Shown here one piece after another: positions 9,325 to 20,000 of a DNA stretch of 64,000 nucleotides. A model generated the notes under the pieces. That model did not search any database. It was not told the origin of the DNA and saw nothing but the letters and a program-made list of their open reading frames with translations. The stretch covers positions 2,208-66,207 of the forward strand of contig JAZLKQ010000528.1 of NCBI GenBank assembly GCA_045597745.1. Direction: 5' to 3'. Each line of letters starts with the position of its first letter. Positions within the stretch are counted from its first letter, which is position 1. A program made the translations under genes and the position numbers. The stretch is from Bacteroidaceae bacterium. GTDB lineage: Bacteria > Bacteroidota > Bacteroidia > Bacteroidales > Bacteroidaceae.

Positions 9325-11304
9325 TCACACTATCGGTTGCTGTCCGGGCTGCGGCCTGATGCCCTGCGGCACCACAGCCTGCTGCTGTTCCGGTGTTGCG
9401 CCAGCACTCTTCATTTCTGCCTGACGTGCCTCACGTCTCTGCTTCAGCTTCTCAATCCACGGACGCTTGCTTATCTCTGTGTAGTCATCCATGCTAATCA
9501 GACCATTGATGAGGAACTCCTTGGCATCTGCCTCGGCAATCTCACGGTAAACAGGTGTCTCTGTTGACTCCTTCACGCGCAGGTCATATGTTATGTTGCG
9601 AATCTCATTCAGCTTGAGGTTCTGGTTGTCGAATACTCCGTCAATCTCACCGCATATCTGCTGCCACCTTTCCTCATCATAGAAGGTCACAAGGTTCTTC
9701 ATCTTCTTGATGTGTATCTCCTCAATGAAGTTGTGCAGCTTCTTCAGGAACGCGGCAATGGACGTAGTAGAGTTGTTCGCCATCTGCTGGTAGAGTGCGC
9801 CCGATGCTCCGGCAAACGGTGTCTTGCCCTGCAATGCGTCCGTGATGGCTGTTGACTTGTCACCCATGCGTGAGAACGTGTCAAGGTACTTGGCCACGTC
9901 AAACGTCTGTGCATTGCCGTAGAACACCTTCGGCATCATATTCTCCATGCCCGGCTTCATATCAATGAACACCATGTCATCAATACTTGTCCATGCGTTC
10001 GCAAACTCATGCGGATCCATGTTACCCAGAATCTGCTTCGGCACTACCACAACACCCTTGGCATTGGTTCTGATGAGCCAGTCATTGAGGATGATTGCGC
10101 GGTTCATGATGATGTTGTGGTCAATCTCCGGATACAGATAGCCTTGTATCTTGCCGTCCATCATAGGTACTGCGCGAACGGTGAACGGATGTGACCTGTC
10201 AGGCAGCGGTGACTCGCCTTCCCACAGGATAGTGCCATCGGGAGCCAGGAAGCGGCAATACCAGAACTCATCAATGAAGAAGCCATCATCACCGAACTCC
10301 GTGCCGTCACCTTCTATGTATGGTATCTCCTCCTCTGTCCATCCCTGAGCAAGACCCTTCTCGCGTCTTCTCACGTTCTCCTGACGGATATACTCGCGAT
10401 ACTGGAAGTCATCGGCATCAATAATCTCCTCCGTGGCATCATTCCAGTCATGCAGCTTGATACGCGCCTTAGTCTCTTTTGTCCATGCCTCCAGCACCAT
10501 GCAGACCGTAGGGTCAGGGTCTTCCATGAACGTCAGCACGGACTCCTTGAAGCGGTCCGTAGGGTTGATGATAGCCTTCGCCTTGAACAGCTCTGACTGC
10601 TGAGAATAGATGTCGCACAGGATAGCATAGTCTGTTGCGTTACGCGCAAACTTGGCCGCTACCTTGCCGAAATCAAACTTGCACATGCGGCCAAAAGCGT
10701 TGCCGTCCCAGAAGCGTGAGTCGTCCATCTGTGTGTCGAAGATGAACATGTTAGGGTTGACGTACTGCGTCCATGAGTCATACGTCCCGTCAGGGCCACT
10801 GGTGTTGTCCCAGCTCTCATAACCTACAAGCAGACCGCCCAGACATGCCTCACGCGCCCAATCAATGTAAAGCTCATCTATCCTGTTGCGGTAGCAGTTG
10901 GACTGCACACCATTGGTAACAACCTCGCCGTACTGCTGCTCATCCTTGTCCACGGCATGACATATCGGCTCCAGCGATTCCTTGACAAGGACACCCGCCA
11001 TTGTCTCTACCTTGTTCTGTACCTGGTTTGTCTGTAGGACGGTGTTGCCTGTCTTTTGCAGGTAACGTCTCTGCGTCATCACCTCGCCATTCACCTCTAT
11101 GAGGTCACCCCACTGATCATCGTAGCCAAAGCGCACCGCCCTTGCTCGCTGCGTGCGGAACGCCTCGTTGTTCTGCCACATGTCACGGAAATACTGGAGC
11201 ATGGCAAGGTCTTTCTCCTTGCCCACAACCTTCTGTCTTGCCTTGACAGTATTCATCTTTGCAGCAGATGGTGTCTTTCGTATTAGTCTGCTCTTTGCTT
11301 GCAT
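9325..11304 (-). CDS. portal protein candidate
   Basis: 659 aa and acidic. First gene after late element #2, adjacent to the terminase operon. The call rests on size and position only. Confidence 0.55.
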   Translation of the reverse strand: MQAKSRLIRKTPSAAKMNTVKARQKVVGKEKDLAMLQYFRDMWQNNEAFRTQRARAVRFGYDDQWGDLIEVNGEVMTQRRYLQKTGNTVLQTNQVQNKVETMAGVLVKESLEPICHAVDKDEQQYGEVVTNGVQSNCYRNRIDELYIDWAREACLGGLLVGYESWDNTSGPDGTYDSWTQYVNPNMFIFDTQMDDSRFWDGNAFGRMCKFDFGKVAAKFARNATDYAILCDIYSQQSELFKAKAIINPTDRFKESVLTFMEDPDPTVCMVLEAWTKETKARIKLHDWNDATEEIIDADDFQYREYIRQENVRRREKGLAQGWTEEEIPYIEGDGTEFGDDGFFIDEFWYCRFLAPDGTILWEGESPLPDRSHPFTVRAVPMMDGKIQGYLYPEIDHNIIMNRAIILNDWLIRTNAKGVVVVPKQILGNMDPHEFANAWTSIDDMVFIDMKPGMENMMPKVFYGNAQTFDVAKYLDTFSRMGDKSTAITDALQGKTPFAGASGALYQQMANNSTTSIAAFLKKLHNFIEEIHIKKMKNLVTFYDEERWQQICGEIDGVFDNQNLKLNEIRNITYDLRVKESTETPVYREIAEADAKEFLINGLISMDDYTEISKRPWIEKLKQRREARQAEMKSAGATPEQQQAVVPQGIRPQPGQQPIV

Positions 11305-11321
11305 AGTATTTGATTAATGCG

Positions 11322-11365
11322 CAAAAATGCCAACACACATCGGCTATGCTGGTCTATCTTAGCCT
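11322..11365 (-). promoter_or_regulatory. late-promoter-like composite element #2
   Basis: AGGCTAAGATAGAC (11365..11352), a 22-nt spacer, then CATTTTTG (11329..11322). The TAA stop of the upstream gene lies inside the 14-mer. It lies 17 nt before the ATG at 11304. Confidence 0.55.
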
Positions 11366-11760
11366 TTAACGCTCCTCTTAGCCAGATAATACGATATGAC
11401 ACCTATGAGAGCCAGGAACATAAGCACACCGAAAATCTTGCCAATCTGCATCCACATGACCTGCCAGCCGGACAGGTCCTTCTCCACCTCTACGGTCACA
11501 ACCTCGCGTATGGTTGTGGTATCATGGACAGCCACCTCCTTGTCGCGCCACCTCTCGCGCCACTGCACGGAAGTCTTCTCAACATATACCGTGTCACCCT
11601 TCTCGCGTATAATGCTGGTGTTCTCTACATAGATGCTGTCGCGCACGGCAATGCTGTCATGCACCACCTGGATAATCACGTCCTCGCTCTTAGGCTGAGG
11701 AATGCTCCTGCATGATGCCATCATCAGAAGCAGAATAATGAAATATATTGTCTTTCTCAT
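11359..11760 (-). CDS. u-spanin-like outer-membrane lipoprotein with C-terminal TM anchor
   Basis: MRKTIYFIILLLMMASC lipobox signal, a beta-strand-rich middle and a C-terminal TM segment (IFGVLMFLALIGVISYYL). It is the last gene of the lysis cassette. Confidence 0.6.
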   Translation of the reverse strand: MRKTIYFIILLLMMASCRSIPQPKSEDVIIQVVHDSIAVRDSIYVENTSIIREKGDTVYVEKTSVQWRERWRDKEVAVHDTTTIREVVTVEVEKDLSGWQVMWMQIGKIFGVLMFLALIGVISYYLAKRSVKG

Positions 11761-11849
11761 GGTCTTGATAAATCAAATGGGGAAAACTTCACAGCCTCCC
11801 CCACTCCCAAAGTAACGTTCAATAATACAAAACAAAATGTCTAAAGTGG

Positions 11850-12212
11850 TCATCCGTAATAGTGCCATACAACACCGCGTGAGAGCTTCCGGCTTGTGTC
11901 GATGTGTATGTATGTCTTGCCTATCCCTATGCGTGTGACACCACATGCCAGGGCAGCTGTTATTATCTTGTATCTGTTGGAATCTGTGTTGCACCTGATA
12001 TCTACGGCGCGTCCTTCGGTGTGTGCGCCTGTGCCACTCCTGCCCTTTGATTTGTCATAGGCCGATGAACGGTAGGCAGAGTTGAGGACAAGCGGGATGC
12101 CTGCCTTTTCGCGTATGCGGTCCAGTGTTGCCATGAACTCTGGATCCATGTCGTCTATGCTGCATGAAGGGCTGCACTTCCTGAACTCGCTGTCATTGAA
12201 ATATCTTGCCAT
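11850..12212 (-). CDS. endolysin, peptidase M15 (zinc D-Ala-D-Ala carboxypeptidase-like) family
   Basis: NSAYRS...GAHTEGRAVDI...YIHIDT matches the H-x(n)-D ... H-x-D zinc ligand pattern of M15 peptidoglycan peptidases. 120 aa. Confidence 0.8.
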   Translation of the reverse strand: MARYFNDSEFRKCSPSCSIDDMDPEFMATLDRIREKAGIPLVLNSAYRSSAYDKSKGRSGTGAHTEGRAVDIRCNTDSNRYKIITAALACGVTRIGIGKTYIHIDTSRKLSRGVVWHYYG

Positions 12213-12214
12213 GG

Positions 12215-12556
12215 CTACTTCTTGTTGATTACCTTGTATGCTGCAAGTTCTTTCTCAAGGACTGTGACCTTCTCAGTAAGCGAGTTTATCAACGCGCCCT
12301 GCTTACTGATCAGCTCATCCTTCTCAATCATCGTCCTGTTCATCTCCAGTATGCGCTGACGCATCTCGTCAAGCAGCTTGCCCTGCTCCTCATAGAGCTT
12401 GCCCTGTGCTGCTATGCGCTCTTCCAGATACTGTGTCGATGCTTTCGCAACACCAAGGTTGGCCTCTTTCAGCTTAGGCCCGTAATACAGAATGGAACCG
12501 CCGCCACCAAGCAGCAGTCCGGCAAGAGTTGTGAGTATTGAAGTCCAGTCCATCAT
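12215..12556 (-). CDS. holin or i-spanin-like membrane protein
   Basis: 113 aa with a single N-terminal TM segment (WTSILTTLAGLLLGGGGSILYY) and then a long coiled coil. It lies directly upstream of the endolysin and is the first gene after late element #3. Confidence 0.5.
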   Translation of the reverse strand: MMDWTSILTTLAGLLLGGGGSILYYGPKLKEANLGVAKASTQYLEERIAAQGKLYEEQGKLLDEMRQRILEMNRTMIEKDELISKQGALINSLTEKVTVLEKELAAYKVINKK

Positions 12557-12573
12557 GTTTCTTTTTCTTGATA

Positions 12574-12617
12574 CAAAAATGGGAGCAATCGCTTGCTCCC
12601 ATAGTCTATCTTAGCCT
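12574..12617 (-). promoter_or_regulatory. late-promoter-like composite element #3 (spacer doubles as a terminator hairpin)
   Basis: AGGCTAAGATAGAC (12617..12604), a 22-nt spacer containing the hairpin GGGAGCAA-GCGA-TTGCTCCC, then CATTTTTG (12581..12574). The TAG stop of the 901-aa ORF lies inside the 14-mer. Confidence 0.55.
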
Positions 12618-15311
12618 GTTGGCAAATCGTGTCTCATAATCTATATCTATCCAAGACAGCCGTTCATCGGCCGTCAGCGTTCCCAGGATCACCATGCGGA
12701 ACATCTTCCATGAGCCGCCCCGCAGTGAAGACAGCACCTTCCATTCCCTTCCGTCCATTGAGCCAAGCAGGATATAACGTGCGTGTGCCTTGTCAAAGTC
12801 ACCGCGCAGACGTATGTCCTTTATCACCTTCCTTACGTCCGTCTCGCCAAGGTCAAACGCCCTTGTGTATATCACCTGCGGCAATGCCGTGCGCTCTCCT
12901 ACTGGCGGCAAGGAAAGGCTGTAAAGCTTGCAGATGTCACCCGTTCCCTCATACACAGATACCAGTGCTTCCGGGAAGCTGGCTACCACCCCCTGCACCT
13001 TGAGGCCTGTTGCCATGGTGTGCCATGTCTGCATTGCAAGGTCATACACCATCATGTGCGTAAAATTAGGCATGAAAAATATCAGCCTTGCTCCGGCATA
13101 ATCGTACAGACACTTTGAGTTTCTCAGCCATGCAGCGAACTGAATCGGCCCTGATACCGCATTCAGCACCCAGAAACATTCATGGTTCTCAAGCATGGTA
13201 CGCACTTCTCGCGTGACAATCTCCTTCTTTCCCATCATGGCATCGCTGATATTCTGCACCTGTGAGCCACTGATGATGTTGATACCCCTCTCTGTAAAGT
13301 ACACCACGGCCTGCTGTGTCGTTGTCACGTTGGATCCAGAGACAACAATGTCACGCGACACAAGAGGAGTCTCAATAGGAATGCCCACGCCGTTTGTCTT
13401 GGCAAGGTATATGCCTATTGACGTGAATACATAAAACGCATAGCTCTGAAGATGCTCCAGGTTGATTGTTGCGCTTGCCACGTCAAGCACGTCACCGGCA
13501 AACGTCAGCCTACCCTCGTTCACGAACAGGAACGGATTGGCACTCTCTGACATTAGCAGCTTGGTCTTGTCAGTGAATGTTGAAGCTGACGCCTCCAGTC
13601 TCTTCCTTATGAAACGTGCTATAGCATCAGCATTAGGCTCATCTACCACCCTGCGTATTGATCTACTCTTGGTGTTGTCCAGCAGGACGGCATCAAGACC
13701 ACCAAAATAGTATGACGTATTGAGCAGAGGATGCTCCTTCATGGTGAATGACCAATATACAGGGGTTGCCATGCTGATTATCTCTGCCTTATAGCACTTG
13801 GCGCTCGGATAGGAAAGGTATGCGTAAACATCAGTGTTTTCTGGTATTTCAATCTCCTGCGCCCTTGCACACTTGAAGCCACCCTCCTCGTTGGTGTACC
13901 ATATCACCGTGTAACGCTTTTCTTTACCGTCTGTACCTATTCTTGTTGCAGGGAAATGCGGATAAGACTCAGGGATATGTGCTGTCACTCCGGCAAGCAC
14001 AAGACGCTCTGCATACTCCATGGCCCTTGATGCTGCCGTATAGCGGTAATGGCTGTTCTCATCATCCTTAAGGCGCGTTTCCACGGACAGCATGTCCTGG
14101 CTCTTCGGCTCCAGCGTGACACCAACGGAAAGCTCTGCAAGGTCTTCAATGTCGTATGATGCCACCTTGTAGAACTCGCTCTTCTCCGTCATGAGGTCTT
14201 CCAGAGTCTTGCCCTCATAGTCAAACTCAACCTTGCATGTGCATGATGTCTCTCCCAAGCTGGTAATCTCCGTGAAGCGCTTTATCTTGCTTGCCATCGG
14301 CGGATTGTTCAGATCCTTGCTCAAGAAGATGTCAATGCCCTTGATGACGTCCTTCCACTGCTCCACGTCAACACTTGTCAGCAGCTTGGCAGTTGCTGTG
14401 TATGTGTCAGCAGGAGCATAGTAGAATACGCACAGAGTCTTCTCATTATTCTCATCGGTGTCACCGTCATTATATGTCAGCAGGAGACCAAGGTTCATCG
14501 TGCTGTTGACTCCGGCACCAAGAAGGACAGGCACTGACTGCATGATGTATGAGTCATCGTACAGACGCAGGGCATAACGGACAAAGACAGGAGCCGTGAA
14601 CTTCTTGTTCAACGTCTTCAGTTCGTACTGGTAGTTGTTGTACCCATCCCACAAAGCACCTTCAAGAGTCGCAATGTTCTGCTTTATATGCTCTGCCGTC
14701 AATGCGTTGCCTGTATTTGTCACGTCATAGGAGCCAGCAAGGACGTTGTTGTAATAATTCAGGAACCTCTTGTTGCCCTTCTCATAGGCCATGAACAGCT
14801 TGGTTGAGCCAGACCTTGCTAATGGTGCTTCCTTCGCCGTTGTCGTGAACTGCACGTCAACTTCGGGAAGGCCGTTGCCAATAGTCTTGTATGCTCCATC
14901 CTTGAACAGCAGATAGTACGAATCCTTGTCGGTCACAATGATGACGGTGTTGCCTATGGCCACCGTTGACAGAATCTTCTCCAGCACGTCAATGTCAAAC
15001 ATATAATCAAGAAGCTTATAAGTTTCTCCCTGTTTCACACATGCGCTGATATAAGACCTGTCATCTTTTGACAGGCGCACAAAATAGTTGGTATATGCAG
15101 ACGTCCGGTGTACGAAGAAATACAGACCTTCCTCATACCCGGCATACACGTCAGGCAGGCCTATCTCTTCTGTTACGTCCACCGGGGCAGGCATTGGTGC
15201 CTGTTCCCTGTGGTCTATCATCATGTTAGCGGATTCTGCCAGTCCTCCGTCCTCGTTCATCCTGTCACTTGGGACGCGCGATATTCCTCTCAGTTGAATT
15301 TGCTTTATCAT
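12606..15311 (-). CDS. large virion protein (tail/baseplate-size), hypothetical
   Basis: 901-aa ATG ORF that starts 1 nt after the stop of the giant ORF. No motif recognised. Confidence 0.6.
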   Translation of the reverse strand: MIKQIQLRGISRVPSDRMNEDGGLAESANMMIDHREQAPMPAPVDVTEEIGLPDVYAGYEEGLYFFVHRTSAYTNYFVRLSKDDRSYISACVKQGETYKLLDYMFDIDVLEKILSTVAIGNTVIIVTDKDSYYLLFKDGAYKTIGNGLPEVDVQFTTTAKEAPLARSGSTKLFMAYEKGNKRFLNYYNNVLAGSYDVTNTGNALTAEHIKQNIATLEGALWDGYNNYQYELKTLNKKFTAPVFVRYALRLYDDSYIMQSVPVLLGAGVNSTMNLGLLLTYNDGDTDENNEKTLCVFYYAPADTYTATAKLLTSVDVEQWKDVIKGIDIFLSKDLNNPPMASKIKRFTEITSLGETSCTCKVEFDYEGKTLEDLMTEKSEFYKVASYDIEDLAELSVGVTLEPKSQDMLSVETRLKDDENSHYRYTAASRAMEYAERLVLAGVTAHIPESYPHFPATRIGTDGKEKRYTVIWYTNEEGGFKCARAQEIEIPENTDVYAYLSYPSAKCYKAEIISMATPVYWSFTMKEHPLLNTSYYFGGLDAVLLDNTKSRSIRRVVDEPNADAIARFIRKRLEASASTFTDKTKLLMSESANPFLFVNEGRLTFAGDVLDVASATINLEHLQSYAFYVFTSIGIYLAKTNGVGIPIETPLVSRDIVVSGSNVTTTQQAVVYFTERGINIISGSQVQNISDAMMGKKEIVTREVRTMLENHECFWVLNAVSGPIQFAAWLRNSKCLYDYAGARLIFFMPNFTHMMVYDLAMQTWHTMATGLKVQGVVASFPEALVSVYEGTGDICKLYSLSLPPVGERTALPQVIYTRAFDLGETDVRKVIKDIRLRGDFDKAHARYILLGSMDGREWKVLSSLRGGSWKMFRMVILGTLTADERLSWIDIDYETRFANRLR

Positions 15312-15312
15312 A

Positions 15313-17050
15313 TCACTTCACTTTACGTTCAATTGCATTAATCAGGTCTTTTCTCACGGCATCCTGGGCCTTCATGAGTTCCTTGCGTTCATCATCACTC
15401 TCTGCTGCGCGTATTGCCTTGTCCAGGGCATTCAGCTCGCTCTTGAAGTCGTTATACAGCTCCATGATGCGGTAATCACCGTTGTCCATCAGATGCTGCA
15501 GCTTCTTCTTATCGCCAGCCTTCCTTGCTTTCTTGACAACCGTTGCCGTATGCTCGGCCTCTGCCTTGTAATACTGGAACACGTCATTCACATACGCATT
15601 GCGGTATCTCTCATCCGTTGACAAGAACAGACGTGACAGGACCGGGAACTGCCCAAGCTTGAACTCATTTCCGAACCTCTCTCCGAAGCTGCCCGGTATC
15701 TGTCCTATCAGTGCGCCAAGTGTGCCACGGTACAGCTTTTCTGCCGTTGTGCCGACACCACCTGTCACACCCTCAAAGATGTGTTCAAGGTCAGCAGGGT
15801 TGACATTGATGATACCAGCATCGTACTCATCACCGCCACTGATTACGTTCAGCATCTTTGAAACCTCAATCCAGAACTTGCCAGTATTGTTGAATACCTG
15901 GTCATACTTAGGAGTACGTTTCTTCTCCTCTTCCGTCAGGTACTTGTTTTCCTTGCGTATTGCAGCGCCCTTATAGTCCCTGTTCACCCATACCTCAAAG
16001 AACGGACTGGCGATAGAAGGAACAAATGCTGCCACTCCGTCAGTAGGATTGAGCGGCATGACATCAAGCATTGCCTTTAGTACCTCACCCATGAAGTTCT
16101 CATCGGCAGAACGGCCCATGATCTTGTTTGTAGCAATGTCACCAAGAGCATAGAATACTCTCATTTCCTGTGGCAGTGACCATTTGAAGTAAACATGGTC
16201 GTCACCAATCTTTCCACCCAGCAGAAGGTTTGTCCTTCTTGTGAAGTCAGACTGATCCAGGTAATCGTCATCATCGTCCATCATTGCATGAATGATTGCA
16301 TTCAATGCGGCAAGACCTGCATACATACCTACAAACTGGAGTGATTTCCTCTTGTCCTTCTGATACAGCTTATATGTGTTATAAAGGCCCTGTACCGAAG
16401 CATTAAAGAACATGATGAACTTGCGCCCGTTTTCTGGAATCCAGCTGAGTATTGCCGCAATCTTTGCTTCTCTGTCTGTCAGATTTTTGCCGTTCTTCCA
16501 TCTCAGTTTCTTTGCCTCCTCAACAGTAAGACTCTGGCCACTACCCTTGCGGTTGAAGTTTACGGTAATCTCCTTTGCGTCAGCGATGCACTCGCGGATA
16601 TCCTTGCCCTGCTCCCTTGATGTAAGGAACGCAGCGAAACGTGTTATCTGCTCCATGCTCTCACCGAAGCGAATGACATAGTTTGCGGCATTTACAAGAG
16701 CATATTCATCGTGCGAGAGGATTCCTCCACCATTGTAAAGGTCATTCTCCCACTCTTGCGCACTCTTGATCTGGGTGAAGCCCGTCACACCGCCATTCTC
16801 CTTGAACTCCCTGAATCTTTCATCCAGGTATGAGTTACCAAGCGTTCCGTTGGCATCAGCGTTGTTCATCTTGATTACCTTGAGCGCAATTACAAGATTC
16901 TTCCTGAACGCCCTGTTGTATTCAGGATCATTCTTGATATATGATGACATCAAAGCAAACAGAAGGTCTCGCTGTATGTTGCTTACCCAGAACTCAGGGT
17001 TGTATGATGTGCTGATGCCGGAGAAATAGCGCAGCAGCTTTCCAAAGAAA
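15313..17050 (-). other. giant ORF: C-terminal module with hydrophobic helices
   Basis: FFFGKLLRYFSGISTSY..NIQRDLLFALMSSYI (about 16921-17050), AAILSWIPENGRKFIMFFNASVQGLY, and LQFVGMYAGLAALNAIIHAMMDDDDD (16264-16345). Confidence 0.45.
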
Positions 17051-20000
17051 AATGTCTTGGAGTACGACACCTCCACGTTCAGCTCATTGTTGATTGCCTG
17101 AGCCGCCCGTGGATTGCCGTTCACATACATCATCATATCCTTGCCCATGACCTTGAACTTGATAATGTGAGCATTCTTCTCGCTTTCGCTGATATGTATC
17201 ACACTATGGTTAAGGTCAAGCTTGCTTGTTCCCTTGAACGCCAGACCTTCCTTGGCCTTGCGTTTCATGCCTGCCTCCCATGCCTCATAGGAAGCTCTTG
17301 CCTCTTCGCTTGTCAGCGATTCGCTGAGAGGTGGATAAACAGGTCTGAATACCAGTCTTCCATTATCATCCCTTACTGGCTCTCCGTCAGCATCAACCTC
17401 TTTCTCATACCACACATCGGAAATCTTCAGCAGGTTGTTGTCTGCTCTGTTGCCAGCGCAGTAATAGAGAGCAAGCTTTGCGCTATTCTTCTCGCCCTGT
17501 GCTACTGTGCTTGATGCCATGGCACCGATATAGCCGATAGGAGAAGTAGCCTGGCTCTTACGGCCCTTTGCCTCAATGATAGGATGCACGAACGCGCTCC
17601 CTGTGTAAGAACTATCATATGAGTAGAAATCATTTGCCGTGTTCTCCTTGAAACCACGCAGAGGAACGTAGTATTCAAACATGCTTGTAAGGTTGTTGTA
17701 CTGCTCGCGTGAAATCAGGTTGTAATCATACTGCATCTTAAGCGTTGACTTGGTAGCAGCGTTCACCCTCTTCCAGAGTTCATCGGCAAGGTCACCCATA
17801 CGATTCTCCACGTCTGCAACGTCCTTTGCGGCCTGTGCCTCAGTCTCTGCAATGGTCTCAAACATCGGCTTCCTTGCTTCAAGGTAACGCGCGTTGTAAT
17901 GCTCTTCTGACTCATTAGCACCCTTCTGTGGGTCGAACTTATCATCAAGCTCGCTGTATATACCAGTCAGACCGCCGTAGTCCTTCTCGCGGTATTCCTT
18001 GTACTTCGGATCAGTGCCCTTCTCAATAGCATCAAGATGCTTCTGCAGTCTTGCTTCTGCCTTCTTTTTCTTTGCATCCTTCTCCAGCTCGGTAAGGTCA
18101 GAGTTCTCTATGGCGTTGATTGCGGAATCATACTCTGCCTTGTAGTCATTGCGTGCATCGCGCTTTGCAAACACCTCGTTGCGCTCAATGCCGTGCTTTT
18201 TCATGAGGTAGTCTTCTACTTCCTCAATGGACATGCCAGTCTTTTCAACAATCTCATGAACAACCTTGTATAGAGGCTTCGCATAGTTCTCCCTCCATTT
18301 GTCTATGGCCTCCTTACCTTTTCCAGGTGCCTGGTTCAGTGCCAGTCGCACATCCTCAAACGCTTTTACCTTTTTGCCAGAAGACTTCTCCAAGGCTTCA
18401 ACAAGATGGTTAACCGAACTATACATGTCCACGGTTATTTCCTTGAACCTTGAGAATATATAAGACTCCGAATTGTTATACATGTTGGCCGCATCGTTCT
18501 CCATGCGCTCCTCAACCTCCCTGTCCCTGATGATGTCATAGGCCTTTGCCTTTGCTTCAAGGACGTCATAGGAGAAGCCAAGCCTGTGAGCAAGCTTCGC
18601 ACGTCTTACAGCCACATCAAGGGAATCTGCCCTGTTGGCATGGTAGCTCTGGAAGAGCATGTAGCGGATGTCATTGCCGCTGAGAGGAACACGGAAGAAT
18701 GGGACATGACTACGCAGCCATGACTTGATCTTCTCCCATGCCGACTGCTCACCAGGCTCAGAAGAATAGTTGTCCGTTTCTGCAAGTCCGGCAATGTACT
18801 CCTCAGTTGCCTGTGAGATATCCCAGCCATGGTGTTCACGTGCCAAGTCTATGATGGCCCTCCTTGACTTTGGCAGGTTCCTGTATATCCACCTGCAGAA
18901 GGCATCCATCTTCTCATCACCTATGAGCTTGCGCAAGCCCTCATGGCCAACTGCCTCATGGAGAACGGTCTTGACAGCTTCATTGGCACTGATGTTGTTG
19001 GCAAGACACAACACAATCTTCCCGTTGCGCCAGAAACCCATGCTGAACTTATGTCCGGCAGGCATTTCCTCGCGCGACAGGAACTCAATCTCAACACCGA
19101 TTTCCTTTGCGGCGTTGAGTGCTGCGTCACGCTTGCTTAAGGAAACCTGAGAATCGTGTACTCCGATGGATCCGTCTCCTCGAGTTCCTTCAGGCCGTCC
19201 ATCAGAAACCTCAGTGCCTCTTTCGCTTCCCGGCACTCCTCTGGAGTTCTTCTTTTCTTCTTCCGTTTCATATCCTATCTGCTGAGGATTTTCTACTGCC
19301 GACTGGGCAGTCCTTAGAACTCCACGTCTCCGCCTTCCTTCCCTTCCTTTGAATCCTTCAGTGATTCCTCCAGAAGCTCCTTCAGCCAGGCCATATCCTC
19401 CTTCGTTGCCTTCTTTCCCTTCTTCGTCTGTTCCATAATCAATGTTATCGAGATACCTTTCAACAAAATCTCTCTGCCATGAGTTCATGTAATCCATCAG
19501 CTCTACGATCCTGCTTGTTGTTATAGCTCTTGCAATCGTATGAGCCGCGAACTCTTCTGCGCCGTCTAAGTTAGAAACAAATTCGTAATAATCCTCTCCC
19601 CAGAAATCCTGAACTGCATATTTTATAGATTCTTTAAAGGTTCTTGCAAATCTGGCCTTCTCAATGATGAAATCTTCCCTACTGAGACTACTATATACCA
19701 TCTTGAAGAACGCGTGCAGATTCTCGTGGAATAATGTCCTCAACACAGACTCTGTAGTAGTCCTGCCATTTGCTATCAGCAATATCTTGTTGGCAGGAGC
19801 TTCCAGATTCCATCCATTGTACTTCCTTATTTTACCAGATACGAATTTCTCTGCATCCTCAAGGCTCATTCCTGTCTTCTGGGAAAGCTCTTCCGCAGTT
19901 ACGTCTGTAGGAACTACAACAATTTCCTTCAATGAATTAAACCTTCTGCTGAAATACCCTACAACTCTGTTGGCGAAATCGACGTCACTCTCACCCTTGT

